DNA of 64,000 nt. Source: Tubiluchus corallicola. Lineage: Eukaryota > Animalia > Priapulida. The notes under the pieces are model-generated. The model did not search any database, was not told where the DNA came from, and worked only from the letters and a program-made list of their open reading frames with translations. Of the stretch, positions 1 to 22,663 are shown piece after piece. The first letter of the stretch is position 1; each line of letters starts with the position of its first letter. The position numbers and the translations under genes are program-made. The stretch covers positions 1-64,000 of the forward strand of contig JAQGDQ010000076.1 in assembly GCA_030141605.1 (NCBI GenBank), written 5' to 3'.

Positions 1-100
1 GTATGCAAGCACACTTTTGCCTAATCAAATTCCACGTTGGTGTTTTTCTGGAACAAATGAAAGCCATTTTATACTCACAACCAGCAAGTTCTCTAGATAC

Positions 101-11629
<11,529 letters not shown>

Positions 11630-12084
11630 ATCTGCAGTAGTTTAGCTTTGATAGAGTGTAAAACTTTGATATATGAAGTTTAAGACATTCTACGAATCTG
11701 AAATACCGACACTAAACAGTGAAAACTATTACGGTTGCTGTTCAGGTTGCATGCTGGGGTGCTAAGACTCTGGGGTAAATGAACTTAGGTGCGATGACAC
11801 ATTTTGCCTGGAGGTCTTATAACGTTTTTGCGTGTTTTAAGTTGCTACTGATCTTGTTCACTGTCCCATTGCAAATAGCGTAGATAGACTGCATATGTAG
11901 TTGAAATCACTAACCAATCAACCATTACGTGTTTTGTTAACTACAGAACTACTACGTAAATTATGCATGCATTACTGCATAAGTGATATTATACGTATAA
12001 AAAGGTGATAATGATAATGATAGTAAAAATAGTAATAGTATACTAATAGTAGGAGAAATAGTAAAAGTAATGGTATAATATTGA

Positions 12085-12225
12085 TAATAGTGATGATGAC
12101 GACGACGACGACGACGACGACGACGATGATGACGATGACGATGACGATGATGATGATGATAATAATAATAATAATAATGTCAATAATCATAATAATAGTA
12201 ATAACAATAATGATAATAGCAGTAG
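12085..12225. repeat. Compound trinucleotide microsatellite (GAC/GAT/AAT)
   Basis: Directly visible. Confidence 0.9.
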
Positions 12226-13030
12226 TAACGATATGTACTTCCATTGTCGAAAACAAAGTGAAACTGTTTTTATTGATTTATGTAAATATGGAAGAGATTA
12301 GACTGGTTCTGAATTTTGACCAAAATTCGAAAAACTTGAACTTTGTCTCCGACTTAAAGCAATATATGAATGAGCTGTTATGTGTTATTCTTTCATGTTT
12401 TACCTGTTATCCGTCATTAAAGTGCAAGAAGCACTCCTCATAAACAACTTAAAAAATTCGTCTTTTCAAACTTGCTTACAAAATAAATGAAATTACAGTA
12501 AATTGTTTTGAACAACATTAATCACAATACTTTGAATATTACGAAAGTTCATGTAAAGTCAAATTTTATTTTCAAATTTCACAAATTAATTCTGTGTTAT
12601 TATTTACTTCGGCTTGTAGACCATTTCAAACCATAAAAATACAGTCATTTACGAAGACAAACCATTTACAAAGATAAGAAAAAGAAAGTAATTACAAATA
12701 TTTACCAGAATTGACACAAATTAAGAGAACTCCGATGGAAAAAAATTCTAGAGCATATAAAAACATCAGTGTGGTAGATTAAATATTCTGAGAAACCATT
12801 ACCAGTATTTAAAACATGGCAACTAAGAACATATGTACATACACCCAAAATGGCTTTAAAAGGGCTAATATCATTTTCTACACAGATTGCAGAAGATCGC
12901 GTGCCATATTTATAGTTGAAGAATTTTACCATAGCTCTGTAGTGCCCAGGTTTCAGGTTATTAAAGATATACAAGTTATATTTGACGGAAAAAACGTAAT
13001 GCCCATTATAGCCCCAAATATTATAACATT

Positions 13031-13071
13031 TATTCAGTAGCTTTCACCTTAGCAGACCTCATCAGCCGAAT
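13031..13071 (-). ncRNA. Decayed minimal hammerhead ribozyme motif
   Basis: Minus strand attcgg-CTGATGA-g-GTC-tgctaa-GGT-GAAA-GC-TA-ctgaat; 6-bp stem I pairs, stem II is weakened to G-U pairs. Confidence 0.55.
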
Positions 13072-13249
13072 GTAGCCGAATTTCGCGTTCTTTAATTAAT
13101 TTTATTCAATTTTATTAAAATAAAAACAGAATGCTTTTATAGTTCTATTATTGTTACGCTGTATTTCTTTGTAAATGCAATTTTTGTTTACAAAGTTCTT
13201 CCAGCACAAGCCAGCCTAAAAAAAGAAGAATTAAAAGATTTCATAATAA

Positions 13250-13251
13250 TC

Positions 13252-13334
<83 letters not shown>

Positions 13335-13378
13335 TAATAATAATAATAATATTAGTAGTAGTAATAATAATAGTATTC

Positions 13379-13428
<50 letters not shown>
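13250..13428. repeat. (AAC)n(AAT)n microsatellite
   Basis: Directly visible. Confidence 0.95.
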
Positions 13429-13429
<1 letters not shown>

Positions 13430-15143
13430 TTCGCCGTCGAATAACCGGCGAATAACAGTGTCCGGCGCTGGCCATTTGTTGATAAACAAGTCAGGAAGTT
13501 ATTTTGTTAAGGTTCAGTACCAATAATTACTGATTGTTAAATTAGCCTACCAAACAGTATTCACTGTCTAAGGAGGTAGGGTTGCGACTTCTGGTATACT
13601 AAATTATCTGAGGTGGTGCAATCCTTAGTGACCTCTGCACAATGCGTGACTTGATGGCTTTCGCTTTATAAGCTAAGTGAAAGTTCAGAGTTCGCGCACA
13701 CACATAGACACGAGTGAGGATCAGAGTGGTGAGTTGCCGTTGTTTTTTTTTACGAGACGATCTGGAAGCAGACACATTCTTTAGCTCAGCGTGGTGATAC
13801 TACTGCGTCCTTTGCTACGACAAATCACTGATGCTAAGAAGTCTCGAGAACCATCATATCTCAATCATGAGCATGCGCACAACAGAGAAACACCACGTTC
13901 CTTAAGCTGTGAGCACACTCTGCTAGGTTGTGAAGCAAACAGTGTCTGGATCGTGCAATTGTAAAGTAAGAGCTAAAGAAAAATTACTTATATTGAATAT
14001 TATCGATAATAGGGGGTGCTGCAGTTCCACAGTACTATACACGAGCCGCTACAAAAAGGAAGTGAAAGGAAGAAGAGTAGATTGAGCATTCGCTTTATAC
14101 AGGGGCCATTATGATGTTAAAATAGTAATTCAGTGATCCTAGTTTCAATTCAAGCTCAATGCCAATTTTGTTCAACTGTTCTATCAGACTGAAAAATTTA
14201 AATGCTAATATATGTCACAAACAGTATAAATTAAAATTGAACGCTTTTATAAAATAAAATTTTATCAATAACATGAGAATTGGTTACAAATAACATGAAA
14301 TTTTATTAATAACATTTTGTTTCTTTGCAGAATGTATTAACATTTTATCACCAACATGAAAGTAAGATTTCATCCTCTAAATCCACATGAGAAGCCTTAT
14401 TTGTGTCGCAAAATGTTACATTGGCGTTTGAGTAACTTTTCTTGCGAGCTAGTAACAACATTTGTCAGTTTTTCGTAATTATCTTTATTCTACCAAACTT
14501 TACACGAAGATTTGCTACTGCATTAATGTAGCCATTTTGATTAGTCATTACATGAAATGGAACAAAAAAAAATACTGAAATGCTTAGGTATGCCTAGTAA
14601 ATTAATAAACCAGTTCATATTAATTGATAATGTGATCAATGGTTAAGCTAATGGCTAAAGCATTGAAATAAGATGTCTTTTAATTAGCTAACCAAATCAT
14701 CAATTACTGACTATTATATAAAATGTTTGGTTTATCAAATTACTGTACATATAATAAGATATCAGTGATGAAATTATAAACAGAGTACACAACAAAATCA
14801 ATAGTGTAAGAGCATGCTCTGATTTCTTTCAGTGTCTGTCATTTCCCTAACATTTGACAGTTAACTTTTCATTTCATCTATTGTTTCCTTTTTCTGTCAG
14901 AGTTTTGAGATCAATGTAGTTTAATGCTTAAACGATGCTGCACTTTTGTAGGTTTGGCATGCTTTCAAATTTTTTTAGTAGTTTATTTTTTGGCTAAAAC
15001 AAAGTTTGCTATATTTACTTACACTAACACCCATTTCGCTTTGTATACCTCGCACTTATGTATACATAAATACGTAATCACTTTGATTATGATATAGTGG
15101 CAACAAATTTTCAATATTATAAATAGTGAAAATTATTTATAAT

Positions 15144-16435
15144 TCATAATTTATTATGAACAAACAGCCCCGATAAGCTCGAATTGATATTTTCTGCCAT
15201 ATCATTTTCTTTATCCTCATCTTCTTCCAGTTGTTCTCCATGTTCATAATCTTTATCCTCATCTTCTTCCAGTTGTTCTCCATATTCATTTTCTTTATCC
15301 TCATCTTCTTCCAGTTGTTCTCCATGTTCATAATCTTTATCCTCATCTTCTTCCAGTTGTTCTCCATATTCATTTTCTTTATCCTCATCTTCTTCCAGTT
15401 GTTCTCCATGTTCATAATCTTTATCCTCATCTTCTTCCAGTTGTTCTCCATATTCATTTTCTTTATCCTCATCTTCTTCCAGTTGTTCTCCATATTCATT
15501 TTCTTTATCCTCATCTTCTTCCTGTTGTTCTCCATGTTCATTATCTTCTACATCTTCTTCTGCATCTTCAACTTCTGCTGCAGTTGACGATAAAAATGAT
15601 GATGAATGTGACAGATCAATTTCTTCATCTGAAATTCATGTTAAGTTTAATTTTGCCCAAATACCAAATTAGTAAATTGGTTGAATAGTGTAACGAAATA
15701 AAACATCAAACCATTAAAACTAATAATATTTTTTCTTGCCTTGAACTGGTTAATTAACTGAACGAGGCAACACTGGTAAAGTCGGCCTAGGAAGCTTCAA
15801 GCAACACTACCAGAATACGAACTGATTCTCAGCTCTATACAGACAATATGTGATACCTGTAAGAGAGAAGGCTGGCAAAATTGAGCTAAGAAGCTTAATC
15901 AATACTACCAGAATACCAACTGATCCTCAATTCTGTGCTGACAATATTGTAAATGTGATGCTTTTACAGGTATATAGTCAGTCAAGGTATGAGTCGATTA
16001 GCAATTAACTTTCACACAATCTTGCTGGGGGGGGCTATTTTGAAGAATCGCTACTCACATTTTTTCAAACTAATAAATTATTTCGAGTTGTCAAGTTGCC
16101 ATAAGGCTCGATTTTGTCTTCAGTCTGATTCGTGATTTATGCCATAGATATATAGACATGATTAATGATGTTAAGAATGACATGTTTGAAAATGGGGTTT
16201 ATAGTGCTTTTGTGGCAGCTAGTACGCCATACTTTTATTGTGGACAATAAAAAACACAAAAGAGAGTTCACATTAAAAAGAATTAAAATCTGTTTAAAAA
16301 TCAACCTCTCGTTCTTAAAAATCTTTCCTCAGAGTTGAAAAAATATGAATCTGAAAAAAATATGAGATAAATAAAATTACAGCTTACCAACCCGAATAAA
16401 ACAGTTGCAACTAAAAGGAAGCATAAAACATGCAT
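15144..16435 (-). CDS. Small, probably secreted, hyper-acidic Glu/Asp repeat protein
   Basis: Terminal exon 15628-15144 (acceptor aatttcag, phase 1) reads DEEIDLSHSSSFLSSTAAEVEDAEEDVED, then 8 x 14-aa [N/Y]E[H/Y]GEQLEEDEDK[E/D], then NDMAENINSSLSGLFVHNKL-stop. A candidate first exon at ATG 16435 encodes MHVLCFLLVATVLFGL(VSC), a signal-peptide-like segment followed by GTAAG. The linking exon(s) are not resolved. The ORF track shows this region in the wrong frames. Confidence 0.7.
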
Positions 16436-17799
16436 AAATCTGTTGTTATTAACTAAAGAACTAAACAAACACACTGTAGATAATAAAACTAACTGATAAA
16501 AGTCTAGAGTGTGAGGAGGAATGCAGTCACAGTGTTAACCATGTACAGTAAGTTAACATTATATACAGCACTAAGTTCAATTTTGTCACTTTTGCAGTAA
16601 CTGCTGTATGCTTACTTTATGATTAGTGTACATGGTTACAGCATTCAGCATTTTTAATTCTCTATGTTTTTATTAATTATTTGTATATCACATATTATAT
16701 ATATTTTTGCATATTTCTTTCAACTAATTTTTCATTTCTTTTAACAATGTTAATTGTGTTATATTTCAATATGGTTTTTCATTTAATATTTCTTTTTGCG
16801 TATTTTTTTTCACCACTTAACCATGAAGCCTCGTGGCCACCAATCAAGGGTTAAAGTGCTTTAGAAATATTTTAAAGACTAAAAGTTTAGTTTTAAAGAA
16901 AATTCTATGAGGCTGTTTATTGTTTCTTTCTCATTATTTTTCTTTTTGTTGTTTTTTGCTATAAAATGGCTTGACCCAATGGCTATAGATGTGTTTTTGA
17001 AAAGTGTGAATTGCATAAACGAATTGGTATTAAGTAAATAATTTGTAACACTAAAAGTAATTAAACGTTCCATTTACAAACTGTAGTTAACCATTAACCA
17101 TTATAGGTTGATTAACATTTCCGTTTATTCAGTGAAAGTTAACTATTCATAAATAGGCAACAATACTGAACATACTCACTTTTAGCTCGCCCGTACTTCC
17201 TTATCAAAAACACAGACATTATCAGGACGGCTGTTATTGCCAGAATGGAAACGGTGGCAATTTGCCCCCCCCCAGTATGTAACACAGGTGTTTTTTCTGT
17301 GGTTGTGTCGACATCTAAACAAATTTGGTATAATGATGAAATTGACGTAGCTATAAAGCTCTAAATCTATAAGTTTAAAAAACACAGACATTCTCGTGTA
17401 TAACAATTACCGCCAAATATTTTCTGGTTAATTTACAAATTTAGAAACTTACAAACTTTATCTGCCTTTTTCAACAGACACAGCAGAGAAACAACTGGTG
17501 ACACTAAGCTCCAACTCCTTCAAAAAATTACGAATTCCAAAGCTTCTCTTAAACGGTAATTTAAACGTTTTGTCTATATAGACCGTTTTCTTGGAACTTT
17601 ATAACCGCTGCTTTTAATATGTTGAGACATCTAATGATTTGCCTTTGCATTTGCTTGATGTTTTGAATCCGAATACACAAAATTTGCTAGGTTTTATTGT
17701 GGTAAACTGTTTTGTTGCAACTGAAGTGCAACGCATAGTATTTTCTATGATTAGCTTTGCAAGCCCTGCTTGGTTGTATTCTGGAAGAAGCTGATGTAT

Positions 17800-19000
17800 T
17801 TCTTCTTGTTAGCTAACATCTATGTCAGCCCATCAGATAAATGTTTGCTTTAATTTCCTGATCGTGGAAATTGTAACTATACAGGCAACTGCTATGGTGT
17901 AATTGGCTTTGAATATTTCTGAAATTTCATTCTATTAATTGATAATACATTCAACAAAGTCACAAGTTCAGCTATTGTTCAATGTGATCTCAACTCCTTC
18001 AAGACCATAAGCATTTGCTGCATTTTGCATGGGCTAATGAAAACCTGCTCTCACTAAGCTGCAATTGCGTTATATTTGATAATTTTTTGGTTTCTACTCA
18101 TCAGACAATGGATTTTCGTGTAAAATTTTATTACCTTAGACAATTTTTAGAAATTGATTGTTGATGAAAAAATTGAAAAAAGCTTTCAGTAACTTCAGTG
18201 TTTGCACTGTGACAAAGTATTGTATCACTTGTAATTGGCTAATGCAGAAAATTCCAGCTATCCTGACACAACACTCTGACACACTTTGGTCTTATGTCTC
18301 CTCTATTTTTAAGAAGTAATTGTAATTAAAAGACGAAACGACCTTAATTTGTCCTTGGCTGATCGATCAGTTTTTCCTAGAATAGTAGCAGAACACTAAC
18401 AGCTTCAGCTGTGGCAAGCAGGTGATAAACAAATTAGTGTTTACGATCAAGCAAGTGAACACCAGACTAAGCTACTCGATAGTCTAAGTTGGAGCGGTTG
18501 AAAAGCGTGTGTCTTTCTTAATTTTATCCACTTAAATCACTCATAAATGTCTAAATAAATAGTATGACTGGATAGCCTCCTCGGGATTTTCTCCTGAACA
18601 GAACAGTGCCTAATTTGTAATCATTCTGTTATGTCTGTGCTCATACAGTAGCAGAAAAGTCATAGGCCTGCCCTGCAATACAACAGATGCGTGGACTGAT
18701 GTTGCGGCCCTCAAAGAAACAATGTGATAATATGGATTTTAGTGCTGGCGTGATTCCTAGCATGTGGATTAGGTGTAGCATGTTTATGTGTATGTATTTC
18801 GAGCATGTGTAGCACGAAATTAAATCAGAATCTTCATTGAAGCAATCAAGCAAAGTCTGCAAGGCTGCACATAGAACATCCAGGAAGTTAGAAGGTAACA
18901 TTTCAGTCATAGCACAACACCTTGCCTGCATTAAAACCCGCAGTGACATCTTGATTGTACCCAGATTTGTAGGCTTAAAAATTTTGGAGCCTAATGTGTA
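17800..19000 (-). mobile_element. Decayed hAT-family transposase remnant
   Basis: CCIAGQAYDFSATV resembles the hAT GQxYDGA motif; a dimerisation-domain-like stretch (TIAVACIVTISTIRKLKQTF) lies near 17850; many stops. Confidence 0.45.
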
Positions 19001-19438
19001 GTTAAATTGTCTGCCTGACAGATGTGTTTGTTCTGAGTCAGCTACTAACTAGGCAAAGTCGTCATGTTGTGACAGAATAGAAGACTGAAATTGAATTCTT
19101 ATACTTCGTAGTTTTTAACTTTGTTGTATGGAGACACCAGTAGAAACCTTTTCTGCTTTTCTGCTGACAATTTCATGCACCAATTTTATACTAACTTAAA
19201 AGAAAAGTACATTTCAAGGCTTGTAGATCTAAATAAACCAGTAAACATTTGGTGCCACTAATTAACATGCGTGATATGTGTTTATGTTTGAAGCATAATG
19301 TACTGTAGCATATTGGTAGAGTTTGCTAATAAGACCACAATTACTTAATGTTTTTCTTTAAGTAATGTTTCTTAATGTTTTGTCCTTGCTGTAACAAATC
19401 TGATACATACAATGTTCATTTACAAGCATAAAATTTAA

Positions 19439-19666
19439 GGCAGGTTCAGACTAGCGAGTTTTCTCTACGACAGCAATCTCGCAAGGGTTAATTGTTTTGC
19501 GAATTAGTGATGGCAAGAATTGCGAACTCCGTGTTGGTGGTTACGAGTTCATTTATTTAACTCTCCAGTGTGAACACCTTGGCGAGTTACTCTCGACACT
19601 CTCGGACACTTGGCCAACTGCCTGTCGAGTTTCCTTGTCGAGAAAACTCGCTAGTGCGAATGCGCC
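19439..19666. mobile_element. PIF/Harbinger-like MITE
   Basis: Imperfect TIRs GGCAGGTTCAGACTAGCGAGTTTTCTC / GAGAAAACTCGCTAGTGCGAATGCGCC; TAA on the left flank. Confidence 0.65.
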
Positions 19667-19712
19667 ACTAGACTGAATCAATAACAGGCACTTTTACATT
19701 GCCTTCACTCAC

Positions 19713-22663
19713 CGCCTTTTGGTACAGTTGCTGGTGTTCTCGTATTAGGCTTTATAGAGGTACTAGTGTTTAGATCTGTAGTTGATGCATCAGTATTTAT
19801 CTCTGCAGAAGTAGTAGGTGGTGCTAGTGTTGTGCCAGTGCATTCTGTAGTAAAGTCGTCGAGTTCAGCCATCTGTTTCGCTACAGGCAATGTGCAATCC
19901 ACACGGTAGTATCTCCAATTAATTGCGTGGATCCACATTAAATAACAGTTGCAGGTTAAATTGTTGCCTGAAACATATAACAGTCAAAGGCTAGCTTGTT
20001 GCCTAAAACAAATAACAGTCGCGGATTAAATTGTTGCCTGAAACATATAGCAGTCGTAGAATAAGTTGTTGCCTGAAACATATAACAGTCGCAGAATAAG
20101 TTGTTGCCTGAAACATATAGCAGTCGCAGAATAAGTTGTTGCCTGAAACATATAACAGTCGCAGAATAAGTTGTTGCCTGAAACATATAACAGTCGCAGA
20201 ATAAATTGTTGCTGGAAACATATAACAGTCGCAGAATAAGTTTTTGCCTGAAACACATAACAGTCGCAGATTAAGTTGTTGCCGGAAACATATAACAGTC
20301 GCAGAATAAGTTGTTGCCTGAAACATATAACAGTCGCAGAATAAGTTGTTGCTGGAAACATATAACAGTCGCAGAATAAGTTGTTGCTGGAAACATATAA
20401 CAGTCGCAGACTAAGTTGTTGCCTGAAACATATAACAGTTGCAGAATAAGTTGTTGCCGGAAACATATAACAGTTGCAGATTAAATTGTTGCCTGATACA
20501 TATAATAGTTGCAGAATAAGTTGTTGCCGGAAACATATAACAGTCGCAGATTAAATTGTTGCCTGATACATATAATAGTTGCAGAATAAGTTGTTGCCGG
20601 AAACATATAACAGTCGCAGAATAAGTTGTTGCTGGAAACATATAACAGTCACAGACTAAGTTGTTGCAGGAAATATATAACAGTCGCAGACTAAGTTGTT
20701 GCCTGAAACATATAACAGTTGCAGAATAAGTTGTTGCCGGAAACATATAACAGTTGCAGATTAAATTGTTGCCTGATACATATAACAGTTGCAGAATAAG
20801 TTGTTGCCCAAAACATATAACAGTCGCAGATTAAATTGTTGCCTGATACATATAATAGTTGCAGAATAAGTTGTTGCCGGAAACATATAACAGTCGCAGA
20901 ATAAGTTGTTGCCGGAAACATATAACAGTTGCAGACTAAGTTGTTGCCCGAAACACATAACAGTCAAAGACAAAGTTGTTGCCTGAAACACATAACAGTT
21001 GCAAATTAAGTTGTTGCCTGAAAAACTTAATAGTCGCAGAATAAGTTGTTGCCTGAAACATATAACAGTCGCAGACTAACTTGTTGCCTGAAACACATAA
21101 CAGTCGCTGACTAAATTTTTGCCTGAAACATATAACAGTTCCAGATTAAGTTGTTGCCTGAAGCAGATAACAGTCAAAGACTAAGCTGTTGCCTGAAACA
21201 AATAACAGTCGCAGATTAAGTTGTTGCCTGAAACACATAACAGTCGAAGAATAAGTTGTTGCCTGAAAGACATAATAGTCGCAGAATAAGTTGTTGCCTG
21301 AAACATATGCGAATGGTTAACTGCAAAAATCTAAATCTCAGGCTGCAATAACTGTAATTAAAAATTAGAAAAACGTGTAAAATGGCGGAATTTAGTGTCG
21401 TTTAACGTATGAAACAAATATGACTAACAATTTCCCAGATTTGACGTTACTTTCTAACCAGGTTTCAGCGCAAAGTTTGAGAAAAACACAATTTTCGCAA
21501 TTTCCCCTATGTTCATGTCATGATCCTGTGAGTTACCCCCCAAAATACCATAATTAAGAAATAAAAACATGACACTTACTTTTAACAACTGTAGACTTGT
21601 TTTGGCTAAAATACAAAAGAAGAGACAAAGATTCAATAGAAAAACTTTTTCAATTTATAATAGATCAGGCCGCGGAGACAACCTTTTCATAAGAGAAAGA
21701 AAGAAAGGAAAACAGAAATTTAAAAATATCATACTGTATAAGCTTTATGTAATCTCTTATGTGGACTATGTCCTTCAAATAAATTACCATTACTATTGCT
21801 GTTGATGTAATCACTATTAATATTACTATCACTGTTACTATTTATATTAATATTATTATTATTACTATAATTGTCATTGTTACTATTAATGTTGTTACTA
21901 TTACTGCTATTACCATTATTACTATTAATATTAGAATCACAAACTCAAGTAGACACATGGCTAACGTACTTTTAATATAATTCTTTAACTGGACTTGAGC
22001 TACCCATGTGCACTAATGATACATGTAAGAAAACATTATGCTGTTATTAACTTTTTTATTTGCTGATATTTACTTTTAGCTATTTACAAACAGCTACTTA
22101 CCAGATAGCAACAAAATTACTCTACTAGCATCTGTGTCATTATTAAGCATTGGTCTCTTTAGTCTTTCTATTTTTTCACAGTCTGTGAGAAATAACTGCC
22201 GAAAACCAGGACTAGCTGTTAAATCTAAATCCGCTGTTGTCAAGTTTGGATTATTGCCAATTATAAGTTCTTCAAGTGAAGTCAGTCTGCTAAATGCTTT
22301 GGGATGTATAAATTTCAGTTTGGCGTTGTCGTAGATACTTATAATTTTGTTTTCACCAAAATCATCATGAACACAACTTTCTCCCAAGATCTCCAGTTGT
22401 GTGTTTCGTAAAAATATTCCTGTTAAGTCGATTCCACCTAGAAAATTCATCGGTAATTCTTTGTCAGCATAGAATGATATATGGAGATCGGCTATGGCAA
22501 CTTTCACTCGTGAAGTCCATTCAGCTAACTGCTGTTTTGTAAACTTCTCCCAACACAAGATGTCGCAGCAGTTGCTGTCATGGCGTTTTTGAAATTGGAA
22601 CTCACAGGGTAAAATCTGTTTCACTACTTCCGGTTCGTAAGCAGTGCAATCACCTTCAAACAT
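19713..22663 (-). CDS. Leucine-rich-repeat extracellular protein (partial): LRRs + LRRCT + Thr-rich stalk
   Basis: Exon ~22663-22102 (IYDNAKLKFIHPKAFSRLTSLEELIIGNNPNLT...LLLS) splices in phase 1 to exon 19967-19713 (GNNLTCNCYLMW...VDC...C, then a TTxxPPTT stalk). First and last exons not resolved. Confidence 0.75.
19945..21308. repeat. 35-bp minisatellite, ~39 copies, derived from the LRR gene intron/exon junction
   Basis: Unit aagttgttgcctgaaacatataacagtcgcagaat; on the minus strand it reads tatatgtttcag|GCAACAACTTATTCTGCGACTGT. Confidence 0.95.

Noticed and set aside
12702-13040. ORF with faint ML/GM2-activator-like pattern (GHY...PGHYR...C)
   Set aside because: There is an in-frame stop upstream, no good acceptor, and it abuts a hammerhead motif, so it is more likely a Penelope relic.
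15137-15587. ORF-track proteins MNMENNWKKMRIKK... and MFSMFIIF...
   Set aside because: These are alternative frames of the 42-bp repeat; only the acidic frame continues into non-repetitive flanks with matching composition and a splice acceptor.
19956-20991. Cys-rich repeat ORFs or a CRISPR-like array
   Set aside because: Head-to-tail 35-bp units with no unique spacers, in a eukaryotic intron with no cas genes; the ORFs arise from frame cycling of the unit.
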